Below are positions 41,918 to 50,057 of a stretch of 64,000 nt of DNA, piece after piece. The notes beneath the pieces are model-generated. The model did no database searches and had not been told where the DNA came from. It was given only the letters and a program-made list of their open reading frames with translations. The translations under genes were made by a program, and so were the position numbers. Source of the DNA: Parachlamydiales bacterium (GTDB lineage Bacteria > Chlamydiota > Chlamydiia > Chlamydiales > SM23-39). The stretch lies in assembly GCA_050302075.1 (NCBI GenBank), contig JBNLAH010000005.1, forward strand, positions 64,001 to 128,000. Direction: 5' to 3'. Numbering within the stretch: position 1 is the stretch's first letter; every line of letters starts with the position of its first letter.

Positions 41918-42877
41918 ATGAAAACCTTTCTTTGTTTACTAGCTTTTTGTGTTCTATGTGGGAATTTTAATCTCTTTGCTAGACGGCACAACATCCAATT
42001 TACGCGAGAAGATGGATCCACTGTTGATGGATATTTTGATCGACCGGATAGCGAAGCAGAAGTTCCTGTCGTGGTATTCATCGATGGTTCTTTCGAAACT
42101 AGTGTAACCATCAGTCATGACAAGTTAGCTGCTCGCTTCAATCAAAGAAAAATCGGTCTTATTTCCCTTGAAAAAAGAGGGATCACACTTGAGAAGATCG
42201 ATTTCAATGAATTTAGAGCACATGACTGTTTTGAAGAAAGACTTCAAGATTATGTTCTCTTGCTCAACCAGCTCAAAGATCGAAAAATCCCGGGATGTAA
42301 TGGTCGCATTGTTTTACTCGGTGGATCTGAAGGAGGCAAGATTGCTCCTCGTTTGAGTCTGGAGTTTCCGATAGCAGTTCAAGGAATTGTTCTTATTGGG
42401 TCTGGAGGAGGGCTTCCCTTTGGAGAGGAAATGAAGTATCAATATCAGAAGTTGATACAACTAATGGGTACTTTTAAACAGCTTAGCTATAAGCTAAGAG
42501 GACTTATATTTCCAAAGGAAATCGAGAATTGTTACGAAAAAATGCTTAGTCATCCTGAGAGCTTAGAGATGTATAGCTCAAAAACCTGGAAGTGGTTTGC
42601 TTCATACCTTCGTTATGACTTGTTGTCTGACCTTTTGAAAGTCGAAGCACCTATCTACATGATTCATGGAGAAAAAGACATCATGGTGCCAATTAAGAGC
42701 GCAGATCTTGTCCAAGTAGCATTCAATCAAGCTGGCAAGACAAACCTTCATTATGCTCGTTACGATGATCTAGGTCATGCTCTAGCAGGGCATGAGGAGG
42801 TGTATGCACTTATGCTTGATTGGATATGTGATAAAAGTTTTCCCAATACTTCTTTCGATAATTTTAAGCCTGAATAA
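41918..42877 (+). CDS. Exported alpha/beta hydrolase (peptidase S9/esterase-like)
   Basis: Signal peptide, GGSEGG nucleophile elbow, HGEKDIMVP, LGH. Confidence 0.85.
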   Translation: MKTFLCLLAFCVLCGNFNLFARRHNIQFTREDGSTVDGYFDRPDSEAEVPVVVFIDGSFETSVTISHDKLAARFNQRKIGLISLEKRGITLEKIDFNEFRAHDCFEERLQDYVLLLNQLKDRKIPGCNGRIVLLGGSEGGKIAPRLSLEFPIAVQGIVLIGSGGGLPFGEEMKYQYQKLIQLMGTFKQLSYKLRGLIFPKEIENCYEKMLSHPESLEMYSSKTWKWFASYLRYDLLSDLLKVEAPIYMIHGEKDIMVPIKSADLVQVAFNQAGKTNLHYARYDDLGHALAGHEEVYALMLDWICDKSFPNTSFDNFKPE

Positions 42878-42935
42878 AGCCTACCTGAAAAGTTTTTAAA
42901 TAATCTAAAAGATCACAAGATTCCCTGTCATAAAC

Positions 42936-42959
42936 TTTAACTCTAGCTCTGGAGTTAAA
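42936..42959 (+). terminator. Hairpin, possible terminator
   Basis: TTTAACTCTAG-CT-CTGGAGTTAAA inverted repeat (one G-U pair). Confidence 0.4.
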
Positions 42960-43064
42960 TATCTAAACAGCAATCAATATAGATTGCGAAGAAACAAATT
43001 AATTTTATAGAATCACAGCCCAAAATACTGAAAACTCACAAATTACTTTTTTAATAGGTATTAT

Positions 43065-43934
43065 ATGACTAGAAATTTGTATAGAAATCTAATTTTAAAG
43101 ATTAGATATATTCCGTTGCTTTTGTTGGCTCTTGTTCTCTGCTCTTGTTCTACCCAAGAGGGAATTCAATATCGTCATTACACAAACAATATTCCCCAGT
43201 CTATTCATGTTTTGGAAGTAAATCCTAATGTTTGCCACATAATCCCAGCTAGAGCTCTCGATCAGAGTGTTGGAAGAGAAAATGTATTATCTCTTTCTAA
43301 AAGAAAAAAAGCGATTGCAGCGTTCAATGGAGGATTTTTCGAAATTGGTAAACATGAAGGTGCTCCTGCGGGTATTTTGAAAATTGACAATAAGTGGTAT
43401 GGCCTTCCTACTAAACCGCGTGGTGCTATCGGATGGAAAAATGACGGCAAAAAAGTTGTATTCGATAGAGTTTTAACTCACTTAGAAGGAATCGAGTTTT
43501 TTGTTGATTCACAAACAAATAACACGACCCATTCTGATTGGAAAGATATGGATCACATTGTGGGAGGAACTCCTCTTCTCATCCAAAATGGTGAGAAAAT
43601 TCAAGATTTTTCAGCTGAGCAAACTATTTCATCATTTCTTGCTCTGAGGCATGCCCGCACAGCTGTAGGCATACTTCCTAATGGGAATTGGGTGTTTGTA
43701 GTCGTTGACGGAAAACAACCGGAGCTAAGCTATGGTATGACAATGGATGAACTAGCTGACTTTATGGAGAATCTAGGTTGTACATATGCTCTAAATTTGG
43801 ATGGGGGAGGGTCTACAACATTCGTATACGAGGATAAAGTCATTAATCAGCCAACGGGTGATGGTGACGATGACGACGAAGGTAAGCGTATACTAAGACC
43901 CGTCTCAGATGCTATTCTTATTATGAAAAAATAG
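43065..43934 (+). CDS. Phosphodiester glycosidase (NAGPA/DUF2233) family lipoprotein
   Basis: Lipobox-like LCSC; AFNGGFF, HARTAVG, VDG, ALNLDGGGST, RPVSDAI. Confidence 0.9.
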   Translation: MTRNLYRNLILKIRYIPLLLLALVLCSCSTQEGIQYRHYTNNIPQSIHVLEVNPNVCHIIPARALDQSVGRENVLSLSKRKKAIAAFNGGFFEIGKHEGAPAGILKIDNKWYGLPTKPRGAIGWKNDGKKVVFDRVLTHLEGIEFFVDSQTNNTTHSDWKDMDHIVGGTPLLIQNGEKIQDFSAEQTISSFLALRHARTAVGILPNGNWVFVVVDGKQPELSYGMTMDELADFMENLGCTYALNLDGGGSTTFVYEDKVINQPTGDGDDDDEGKRILRPVSDAILIMKK

Positions 43935-44117
43935 TTTTTTTATAATTTGATCTTGTTTTGGGGCAGTATTTCTTAACAGAAAAAGCCCCATAAGTTAATC
44001 TTTTCCCCATAGAAGTATACTTAGTGACTATTAACTGGATTTTTAAGGGGATATACTTAAAACCTCTTGTCACTTTGCATCTCAGTAGTAAGTTTTGTAA
44101 TAACAAAGTTATAAAAT

Positions 44118-45158
44118 ATGATAATTTTAAACCGCATATTCCTATTTCTTGCATGTCTTGTCTCATTTGTAGTGCTAGCTTCTGATAATGACTATTTCCT
44201 AAATCCGCAGCTTTATTCTGAACAAGAACTATCAGACATGCGCAAGGAGAAAAGCCTTGATATGTGTTGGAACTTTGGCAAGAACAGTCATTTTCGTTTT
44301 ATAAGTAGTAAAGAAGATGTCTATTTTGAAATATATCTTGGCGAATTGCCTCACATTTATGAAGACTTTTTGAATCGTATAAAAAATAAGTTTGTTCAAA
44401 ATAAATCAGGACAACTAGTCTTTTCTTATAAGTTAGCTACATCAGGAAAAGAGGAGGTGAACACTTTTTTTATTACTAAAAAGGAAGGGAATCCTGATGA
44501 GTTTTCCTATATTGTTGCTGAAAGAAGAATTATAGAAGATGCATATCCTAACCTCATAAACCAAGAAACTTTGGAAAAAGTCATAAGAACTAAAAAAGTT
44601 CTTTTTTATACAGGTGCTGGATTATCTCTAGCTTCAGATGTTCCAGCTATGAATGAGTTAAATAAACTGTTGGGGTTAGAAGTAGGGAAAAAATTTATTT
44701 TTTCATTAGAAAATGCAATAAAATCACCACGTCAATTTGCAGAGAAAATCAAGTTTTTTCATGATGCTTGCTTGTACAGTGCTCCTACCAAAGCTCATTT
44801 AGCTTTAAGGGATCTCAGTTTGTATAACAATACCCGACTGGTTACTGAGAATTTAGATTGCTTGCACGAAGCTAGTGGTATTTTTCCTTATAGAATTGAT
44901 TCTAAGCATTTAAGGGAAGAGATAGGAGGCCGGAGTCTTGCTCAATTTGACTATATTATTTGCATTGGGCTTAGTTTTGATGATCGTGGTTTTCTAGGAT
45001 GGTACAAAGAACAAAACCCTCAAGGTAAAATTATAGCTGTTGATATCAGCAAACCTTCGTATTTAGGAAATGAAGATTTTTTAGTACAAGATGATCTTCA
45101 ATCGCTTATCCCCAATATTCAAAAAGCAATTACTACGTCAACAACTAAGGCTAGGTAA
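44118..45158 (+). CDS. Sirtuin (SIR2)-like protein with signal peptide and N-terminal extension
   Basis: YTGAGLS, PTKAH, VTENLDCLHEASG, CIGLS; no HG motif or Zn-finger cysteines. Confidence 0.75.
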   Translation: MIILNRIFLFLACLVSFVVLASDNDYFLNPQLYSEQELSDMRKEKSLDMCWNFGKNSHFRFISSKEDVYFEIYLGELPHIYEDFLNRIKNKFVQNKSGQLVFSYKLATSGKEEVNTFFITKKEGNPDEFSYIVAERRIIEDAYPNLINQETLEKVIRTKKVLFYTGAGLSLASDVPAMNELNKLLGLEVGKKFIFSLENAIKSPRQFAEKIKFFHDACLYSAPTKAHLALRDLSLYNNTRLVTENLDCLHEASGIFPYRIDSKHLREEIGGRSLAQFDYIICIGLSFDDRGFLGWYKEQNPQGKIIAVDISKPSYLGNEDFLVQDDLQSLIPNIQKAITTSTTKAR

Positions 45159-45265
45159 CTATAATTAGTTTTTTGAATTCAGTGTATTCTTAGAAGTATG
45201 AGTTGATATTTAAATAATAGAGCTGTAATTTTTTCCTTTTTTATTAAACTTAAGGGACTTTATTT

Positions 45266-46720
45266 ATGAGAATGTCTAGATTGTATTTCCCACTTTTTCT
45301 GTTTCTTTTTCTTTTTACAGGAGTTTATCCACATACTCCTTTGCCTTGCTTGAAAGAGAATAAATACTTGGTGAAAAAACCTGTGTTGAGTCTATATGAA
45401 GAACCTTCCGAGAAGTCTTCATTTGTTACCCAGACGATATATGGACATCAAGTTTATTTAGTTGAAAAGCTTAATGAAGATTGGGCTATTGTTGAAACAG
45501 AAGACAATTATCGTGGCTATGCAAAAGTTGAAGGACTGATTTTAGATAATCCTCGTTGGAGAACAAGTAAAAATCTTTGTCGTACTAAATCGATAGCATC
45601 TTTAGTATACTCAATTCCAGATACAGAAAAGCCAGCTCTTTTAAGACTACCTTTTGACTCTAGGCTTGAGTTAGTACAAAGCTTTGATTCATCAGATGAT
45701 CGATGGTTGGAAGTCATTCTCATTGATGGGAAAAAAGGATGGGTACAAAGGGGAGATTTGGAAATTCTGAAAGCTAAGAGCTTAGAAGATGTGGTTGCTT
45801 TATCTCGTCAATTTTCTGAATTGCCTTATACCTGGGGGGGCACTTCTTCTGAAGGCTTTGACTGCTCAGGGTATGTACAAACCTTGTTTAAGCAAATGGG
45901 AGTATTACTACCTCGAGATAGCAGGCCTCAAGCAGCTTCAGAAAAAGTAAATATTATAGACAATCCAGGAAGCCCAGGAGATTTAGTATTTTTTGGAAGT
46001 ACAAAGATTATTCATGTTGGAGTCTATTTAGGAGACGGAAATTTTATCCATTCAGGAGTATGGCATCATAATCCAAAAATAACTATAACAAGCTTAGAGT
46101 CAGCTCCAAGGCAATTGCTAGCTTCCTGTAGAGTAAAAAAGCCTGTTTATAGTGCATCTATTCATTCGATTGATAAGAAAATTAAGTCTAAAATTACTCA
46201 TTCTTGGAAGGGAGATAATCCTGAGCCAATAAAAAATTTACGGTATATTCAACTGACTCATTGGGGGTTTGATGGGTATGTTCATAATGGTGAACTAATA
46301 GTCCATAAAGATGTAGCTCAAGAAGTTGTAGATATTTTTGAAGAGTTGTTTTCTCAGCAATACCCTATTGAAAAAATGCTTTTAGTTGATCAATATAAAG
46401 CAAACGATAATTTATCTTGCGAGGACAATAACTCATCTGCTTTTTGTTCTAGACTCGCCGTAGGAAAGAATGAATGGTCTTATCATAGCTATGGGCGTGC
46501 TATAGATATTAATACTCTCTTGAATCCCTATCATAGAGACAACGTAATTATCCCACAAAATGGGAAAGAGTTTTTAGATCGTACAATCCCTTGTAGGGGA
46601 GTAATTACTCATGATGATCCTTGCTATAAAGCCTTTGTATCTAGAGGATGGAAATGGGGAGGTGATTGGATGAGCTCAAAAGGATATGTTGACTATCAGC
46701 ATTTTTATAAGGAGATGTAA
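45266..46720 (+). CDS. Exported SH3b-SH3b-NlpC/P60 endopeptidase fused to an M15-family Zn peptidase
   Basis: Signal peptide; PYTWGG, GFDCSG, HVGVY, FIHS (C40); NNSSAF, SYHSYGRAID, WGGDW, DYQH (M15). Confidence 0.88.
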   Translation: MRMSRLYFPLFLFLFLFTGVYPHTPLPCLKENKYLVKKPVLSLYEEPSEKSSFVTQTIYGHQVYLVEKLNEDWAIVETEDNYRGYAKVEGLILDNPRWRTSKNLCRTKSIASLVYSIPDTEKPALLRLPFDSRLELVQSFDSSDDRWLEVILIDGKKGWVQRGDLEILKAKSLEDVVALSRQFSELPYTWGGTSSEGFDCSGYVQTLFKQMGVLLPRDSRPQAASEKVNIIDNPGSPGDLVFFGSTKIIHVGVYLGDGNFIHSGVWHHNPKITITSLESAPRQLLASCRVKKPVYSASIHSIDKKIKSKITHSWKGDNPEPIKNLRYIQLTHWGFDGYVHNGELIVHKDVAQEVVDIFEELFSQQYPIEKMLLVDQYKANDNLSCEDNNSSAFCSRLAVGKNEWSYHSYGRAIDINTLLNPYHRDNVIIPQNGKEFLDRTIPCRGVITHDDPCYKAFVSRGWKWGGDWMSSKGYVDYQHFYKEM

Positions 46721-46737
46721 GATATTTCAATACTGTA

Positions 46738-46766
46738 GTTGGCAAAATCAAGGAGGTTTTGCCAAC
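46738..46766. terminator. Hairpin between convergent genes, possible bidirectional terminator
   Basis: GTTGGCAAAA-N9-TTTTGCCAAC perfect 10-bp inverted repeat. Confidence 0.55.
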
Positions 46767-46798
46767 AATTATAAAAAAAACTGGCTATGGTTTTTTAA

Positions 46799-47920
46799 TT
46801 AGGATTCCTCATCTAAAGGTACTTCAAATCCTTTAGTATTATAAATTTTTAGCCCACTTGGAATAATAATCTTTAATAAATCGATTAAACAAGCTGTTTC
46901 AATATCTACTTTTGATGAAAAATATTTAAGCAATAATCCATTAAGTAGTACTTTTAATTTTTCTCTCTCGTCTTTAGTTTCAATAGTAGAAGAGAGGTCT
47001 ATGCCCAGATTTTGATATTCAATATTGACTTCTTCTTCAAGGTATCTCAACAAGCTCTGACATCTTAGATGAAAGGTGCCTATAGCTTTATCTTGCAAAA
47101 AGCTGATATCAGTAATTTTTGAGCGCAATAAGCTCTCAGGAACTACTAATCCTATAATTGATTCTGATGGGATAGTTAATTTAACCATTGCTTCGCCCGG
47201 CAAAGTAGAATTATGTTTCTCAGTAGCTGAAACATCTCGTATTGCAAAAGAAATGCCGTTTTTGATGAACAGCCCAAATGCTCCATTACTAGTTCCAGTT
47301 CCATAAATATGTACTGGGGACCTTGCACAGCTAATATGGAGATCACCATTTTCCCCATTATTAAATACACCATTTTTAGACTGCCATCCGTAGTTAAAAC
47401 CTAAAGTGAGGTTTTTTGCGCTTGCAGCTTTTTTACTTAGAATGCCGAACCTTAGTATTGAAGGAACTTTCCATATTGCATTTCCAATTCCGTGGAATAA
47501 TAGTTCTGGATCTTTCATTAAATCACCATATTCAGACGAATGTAAAATCCTTTCTGTTTGGTAGGTATCTGAAGCAAATTTCAATGTCCTTTCACGATGG
47601 GGGTTAATTATTGGACAAGTACCCGAAACAAGTTTCGATACCTTAGTAAGATAATCTGGTTTTTCAGTATCAATAGAGGATGTATTGGTGGATGGTTTAG
47701 GTATTAAAAGTCCTATCCTTGAAAAGGAGCCTCTAGCTCTTTTTTTTTCTGCACTTCTTCTAATGAGTTCTTTAAGAGAAGAAGTTGAAGATTTGGGTAT
47801 TAAAGATATTATTCTTGAGTAGATAGTGCCTTGAGTTATTCCTTTTTTTACTTCTCTTCTAATAAACTCTTCAAAAGTGGGAGGGCATGTGTAAGGGACA
47901 ATAGCTGTACAGGTGTTCAT
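46799..47920 (-). CDS. Hypothetical protein, putative ADP-ribosyltransferase-fold effector
   Basis: AGGA SD; LLFHG...SILRFGILS...HIS...PGEAMVKLTIP pattern; S/T-rich duplicated N-terminus. Confidence 0.5.
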   Translation of the reverse strand: MNTCTAIVPYTCPPTFEEFIRREVKKGITQGTIYSRIISLIPKSSTSSLKELIRRSAEKKRARGSFSRIGLLIPKPSTNTSSIDTEKPDYLTKVSKLVSGTCPIINPHRERTLKFASDTYQTERILHSSEYGDLMKDPELLFHGIGNAIWKVPSILRFGILSKKAASAKNLTLGFNYGWQSKNGVFNNGENGDLHISCARSPVHIYGTGTSNGAFGLFIKNGISFAIRDVSATEKHNSTLPGEAMVKLTIPSESIIGLVVPESLLRSKITDISFLQDKAIGTFHLRCQSLLRYLEEEVNIEYQNLGIDLSSTIETKDEREKLKVLLNGLLLKYFSSKVDIETACLIDLLKIIIPSGLKIYNTKGFEVPLDEES

Positions 47921-48173
47921 TTGTTATTCCTATAGTAAAAAATAGTTTTTTAGATAAAGAGTTGCATTTTTTATAATTTTAACGCGGATAGATTATTAAA
48001 TACTTAGATAAAAAGAAAGAAGGGTTATAGTCCGCTTGTAAATTATTTTGATACAGTATTAAGGTTTATTTTTCTCTCTTGATAAGATGTAGGTCTTAAA
48101 TTTATTCATTAGCAAAAACGTATAATAAATAAGCCTTTGCTAAAACACTAAGAAATTCAAAATAGTACTTAAA

Positions 48174-48887
48174 ATGACAGCTTATAATAAATTAAAACCT
48201 AAGAAAATGGTTTTTGTTGTTCTTTGGGCCCTCTGTATTTTGGGTTCATGGTCTTTGCTTCCTTATGCAAAACATTTAGGGTTGATTCCTTCAGCTATTT
48301 CACTTACTAAAATGGTTTTAGTGACTACAGCTCAAACAATGTTATTTTTTGGAGTTATATGTTGGGTGAGTTATTTGATCCTTCCTAGGACTGATTTATT
48401 GCCTTTTTCAACCGATAAGCCTTTCAAAAGAATTGTCTACCCTGGGATAATTGCAGGCCTTTTTGTGGCCCTTATCATTTATCTGTTTGATGCAATGCTA
48501 TTTAATAGCTCTTTTTTGTCCGGTGTTCATCCCCCTGTTTGGACTGGGTTACTGGCATCATTTTATGGCGGGATAAATGAAGAGATATTGCTTAGATTGT
48601 TTTTATTTACTTTAATATATTTTCTTTTTAAGAAAGTTTTTAAGTTTGAGTTGCACAACCGTCTAGGTTTTTTATGGGCTACTAATGTAATTGTGGCAAT
48701 TATTTTCGGATTAGGTCACCTACCAGCTGCTTTTAAGATTACTACCCCATCTTCTTTTGAGGTCTTTCGAATACTCTTATTGAATGGCATACCTGGAGTC
48801 ATATTTGGATGGCTTTATTGGTCTCGAGGATTATGGTCAGCTATGGCAGCTCATTTTGTTGCGGACCTGATGATACATGGAGTTTAA
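48174..48887 (+). CDS. CPBP (CAAX/Abi) intramembrane glutamic endopeptidase
   Basis: EEILLR, FGLGH, AH...D motifs; multi-TM. Confidence 0.9.
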   Translation: MTAYNKLKPKKMVFVVLWALCILGSWSLLPYAKHLGLIPSAISLTKMVLVTTAQTMLFFGVICWVSYLILPRTDLLPFSTDKPFKRIVYPGIIAGLFVALIIYLFDAMLFNSSFLSGVHPPVWTGLLASFYGGINEEILLRLFLFTLIYFLFKKVFKFELHNRLGFLWATNVIVAIIFGLGHLPAAFKITTPSSFEVFRILLLNGIPGVIFGWLYWSRGLWSAMAAHFVADLMIHGV

Positions 48888-48931
48888 TAAACTTTAGCCC
48901 TTTCTAGAATTAAATTAGGTTTAAAAGCAAG

Positions 48932-48952
48932 GGCACCTTATTTTTAGGTGCC
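48932..48952. terminator. Hairpin between convergent genes
   Basis: GGCACCT-TATTTTT-AGGTGCC. Confidence 0.5.
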
Positions 48953-48970
48953 TTAAGTATGAGAGGGGAA

Positions 48971-49231
48971 TTATCTTAGAATTTTGTATATTATATTATT
49001 TATTGCTTCTTTAAGTTTAATTTCAGTTATATTACATGCTAGCTTAATGCTAATGTCTAGTAGATCTTCTGAATTACTATTGTTAGAGTGATATGCTTGT
49101 AATAATGAATTACAAAGTGCATAAATAGTGTTATCTCGATCTTTAGATGGAGCATATTTTAAAGCTTCTTTTGCCTTCTCAAAAAGATTTATAATACTTT
49201 TGTTAGTTTCTGTTTCAATTGCTGCTGCCAT
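48971..49231 (-). CDS. Small helical hypothetical protein
   Basis: Strong SD TAGGAGAAATAA before ATG; 86 aa. Confidence 0.7.
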   Translation of the reverse strand: MAAAIETETNKSIINLFEKAKEALKYAPSKDRDNTIYALCNSLLQAYHSNNSNSEDLLDISIKLACNITEIKLKEAINNIIYKILR

Positions 49232-49426
49232 AGTTTATTTCTCCTATTAGTTATTTTTGTTACAAAAAGTGAAAACTTTAATCAGCTTCTTAATAATTTT
49301 CAAATAATTTTTCCAAGAAGGCGCTGATGATGACTTTCGATGAAAAATTGTATTTTCTAGTTGATGAGTTTTAGGAATTTTAAGGACAGGAATTTAATTT
49401 TTCGCTCTTAAGATATGAAAAAACTG

Positions 49427-49451
49427 AGCTACTTTCTAAAAGATAGTAGCT
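49427..49451 (-). terminator. Hairpin downstream of the 49494-49766 gene
   Basis: AGCTACT(TTCT)AAA(AGAT)AGTAGCT; T-run follows on the minus strand after a few nt. Confidence 0.5.
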
Positions 49452-49493
49452 ACAGCTCAATGATTTTGAGTCTAAGTCTTTGCTAAGATAAGT

Positions 49494-49766
49494 TTAGTTA
49501 GAATTCATTCTTGAAAGAACTCGATTGTTAACTGCAATAACTTTATTTGTTATCTTGGTGACGACTCCTTTTGAAAGTACTGAAAGTGTTTCATCTGTAA
49601 CTTTATTTGCTAGCTGGATTCCAATGGCTTGTAAGTCTGGATTTTGGGTTCTAGCGAAAGCTCTCATTACTCTAATAACCATAAGAGAGATTGCTTTATC
49701 GTCGGTTTCTTCTGCTAAAGTCGTATTAGCTAGTGCTAATAATTCTTGAGTTGATATTGCAGCCAT
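49494..49766 (-). CDS. Small helical hypothetical protein
   Basis: Same SD TAGGAGAAATAA; 90 aa; own promoter-like sequence upstream. Confidence 0.7.
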   Translation of the reverse strand: MAAISTQELLALANTTLAEETDDKAISLMVIRVMRAFARTQNPDLQAIGIQLANKVTDETLSVLSKGVVTKITNKVIAVNNRVLSRMNSN

Positions 49767-49809
49767 ATTTATTTCTCCTATATCTATTTTTTTCTTTGGA
49801 TGGGGATGA

Positions 49810-49838
49810 AGTGTAATTGTTTACTTAGTAAAAGACAA
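49810..49838 (-). promoter_or_regulatory. Candidate sigma66 promoter
   Basis: Minus strand TTGTCT-N17-TACACT, ~43 nt before ATG 49766. Confidence 0.5.
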
Positions 49839-49999
49839 ATAATATTTAACAAGAGACTGTCGGTAATAAATATTTATAACTTGTGTCATGAGATTCTAAT
49901 CCATGCAAAGATATAAAATTCTTATTAGCGGATGTTAAAAGGGGAATTTTAAGCAGAGCTTTTTAGATTGGATAAGAAGACAGGTAGATTTTATTATTG

Positions 50000-50025
50000 C
50001 CTCCCAAGGTAATTCCCTTGGGAGG
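50000..50025 (-). terminator. GC-rich hairpin downstream of the F-box gene
   Basis: CCTCCCAAGG-TAATTC-CCTTGGGAGG perfect 10-bp stem; no clear U-tract. Confidence 0.5.
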
Positions 50026-50057
50026 TAGTTCTTGCATTTTAAGTTGCTAAATATTCA

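Noticed and set aside
43921..44166. 81 aa minus-strand ORF in the accessory region
   Set aside because: Overlaps both neighbouring genes, no SD or motif; probably spurious
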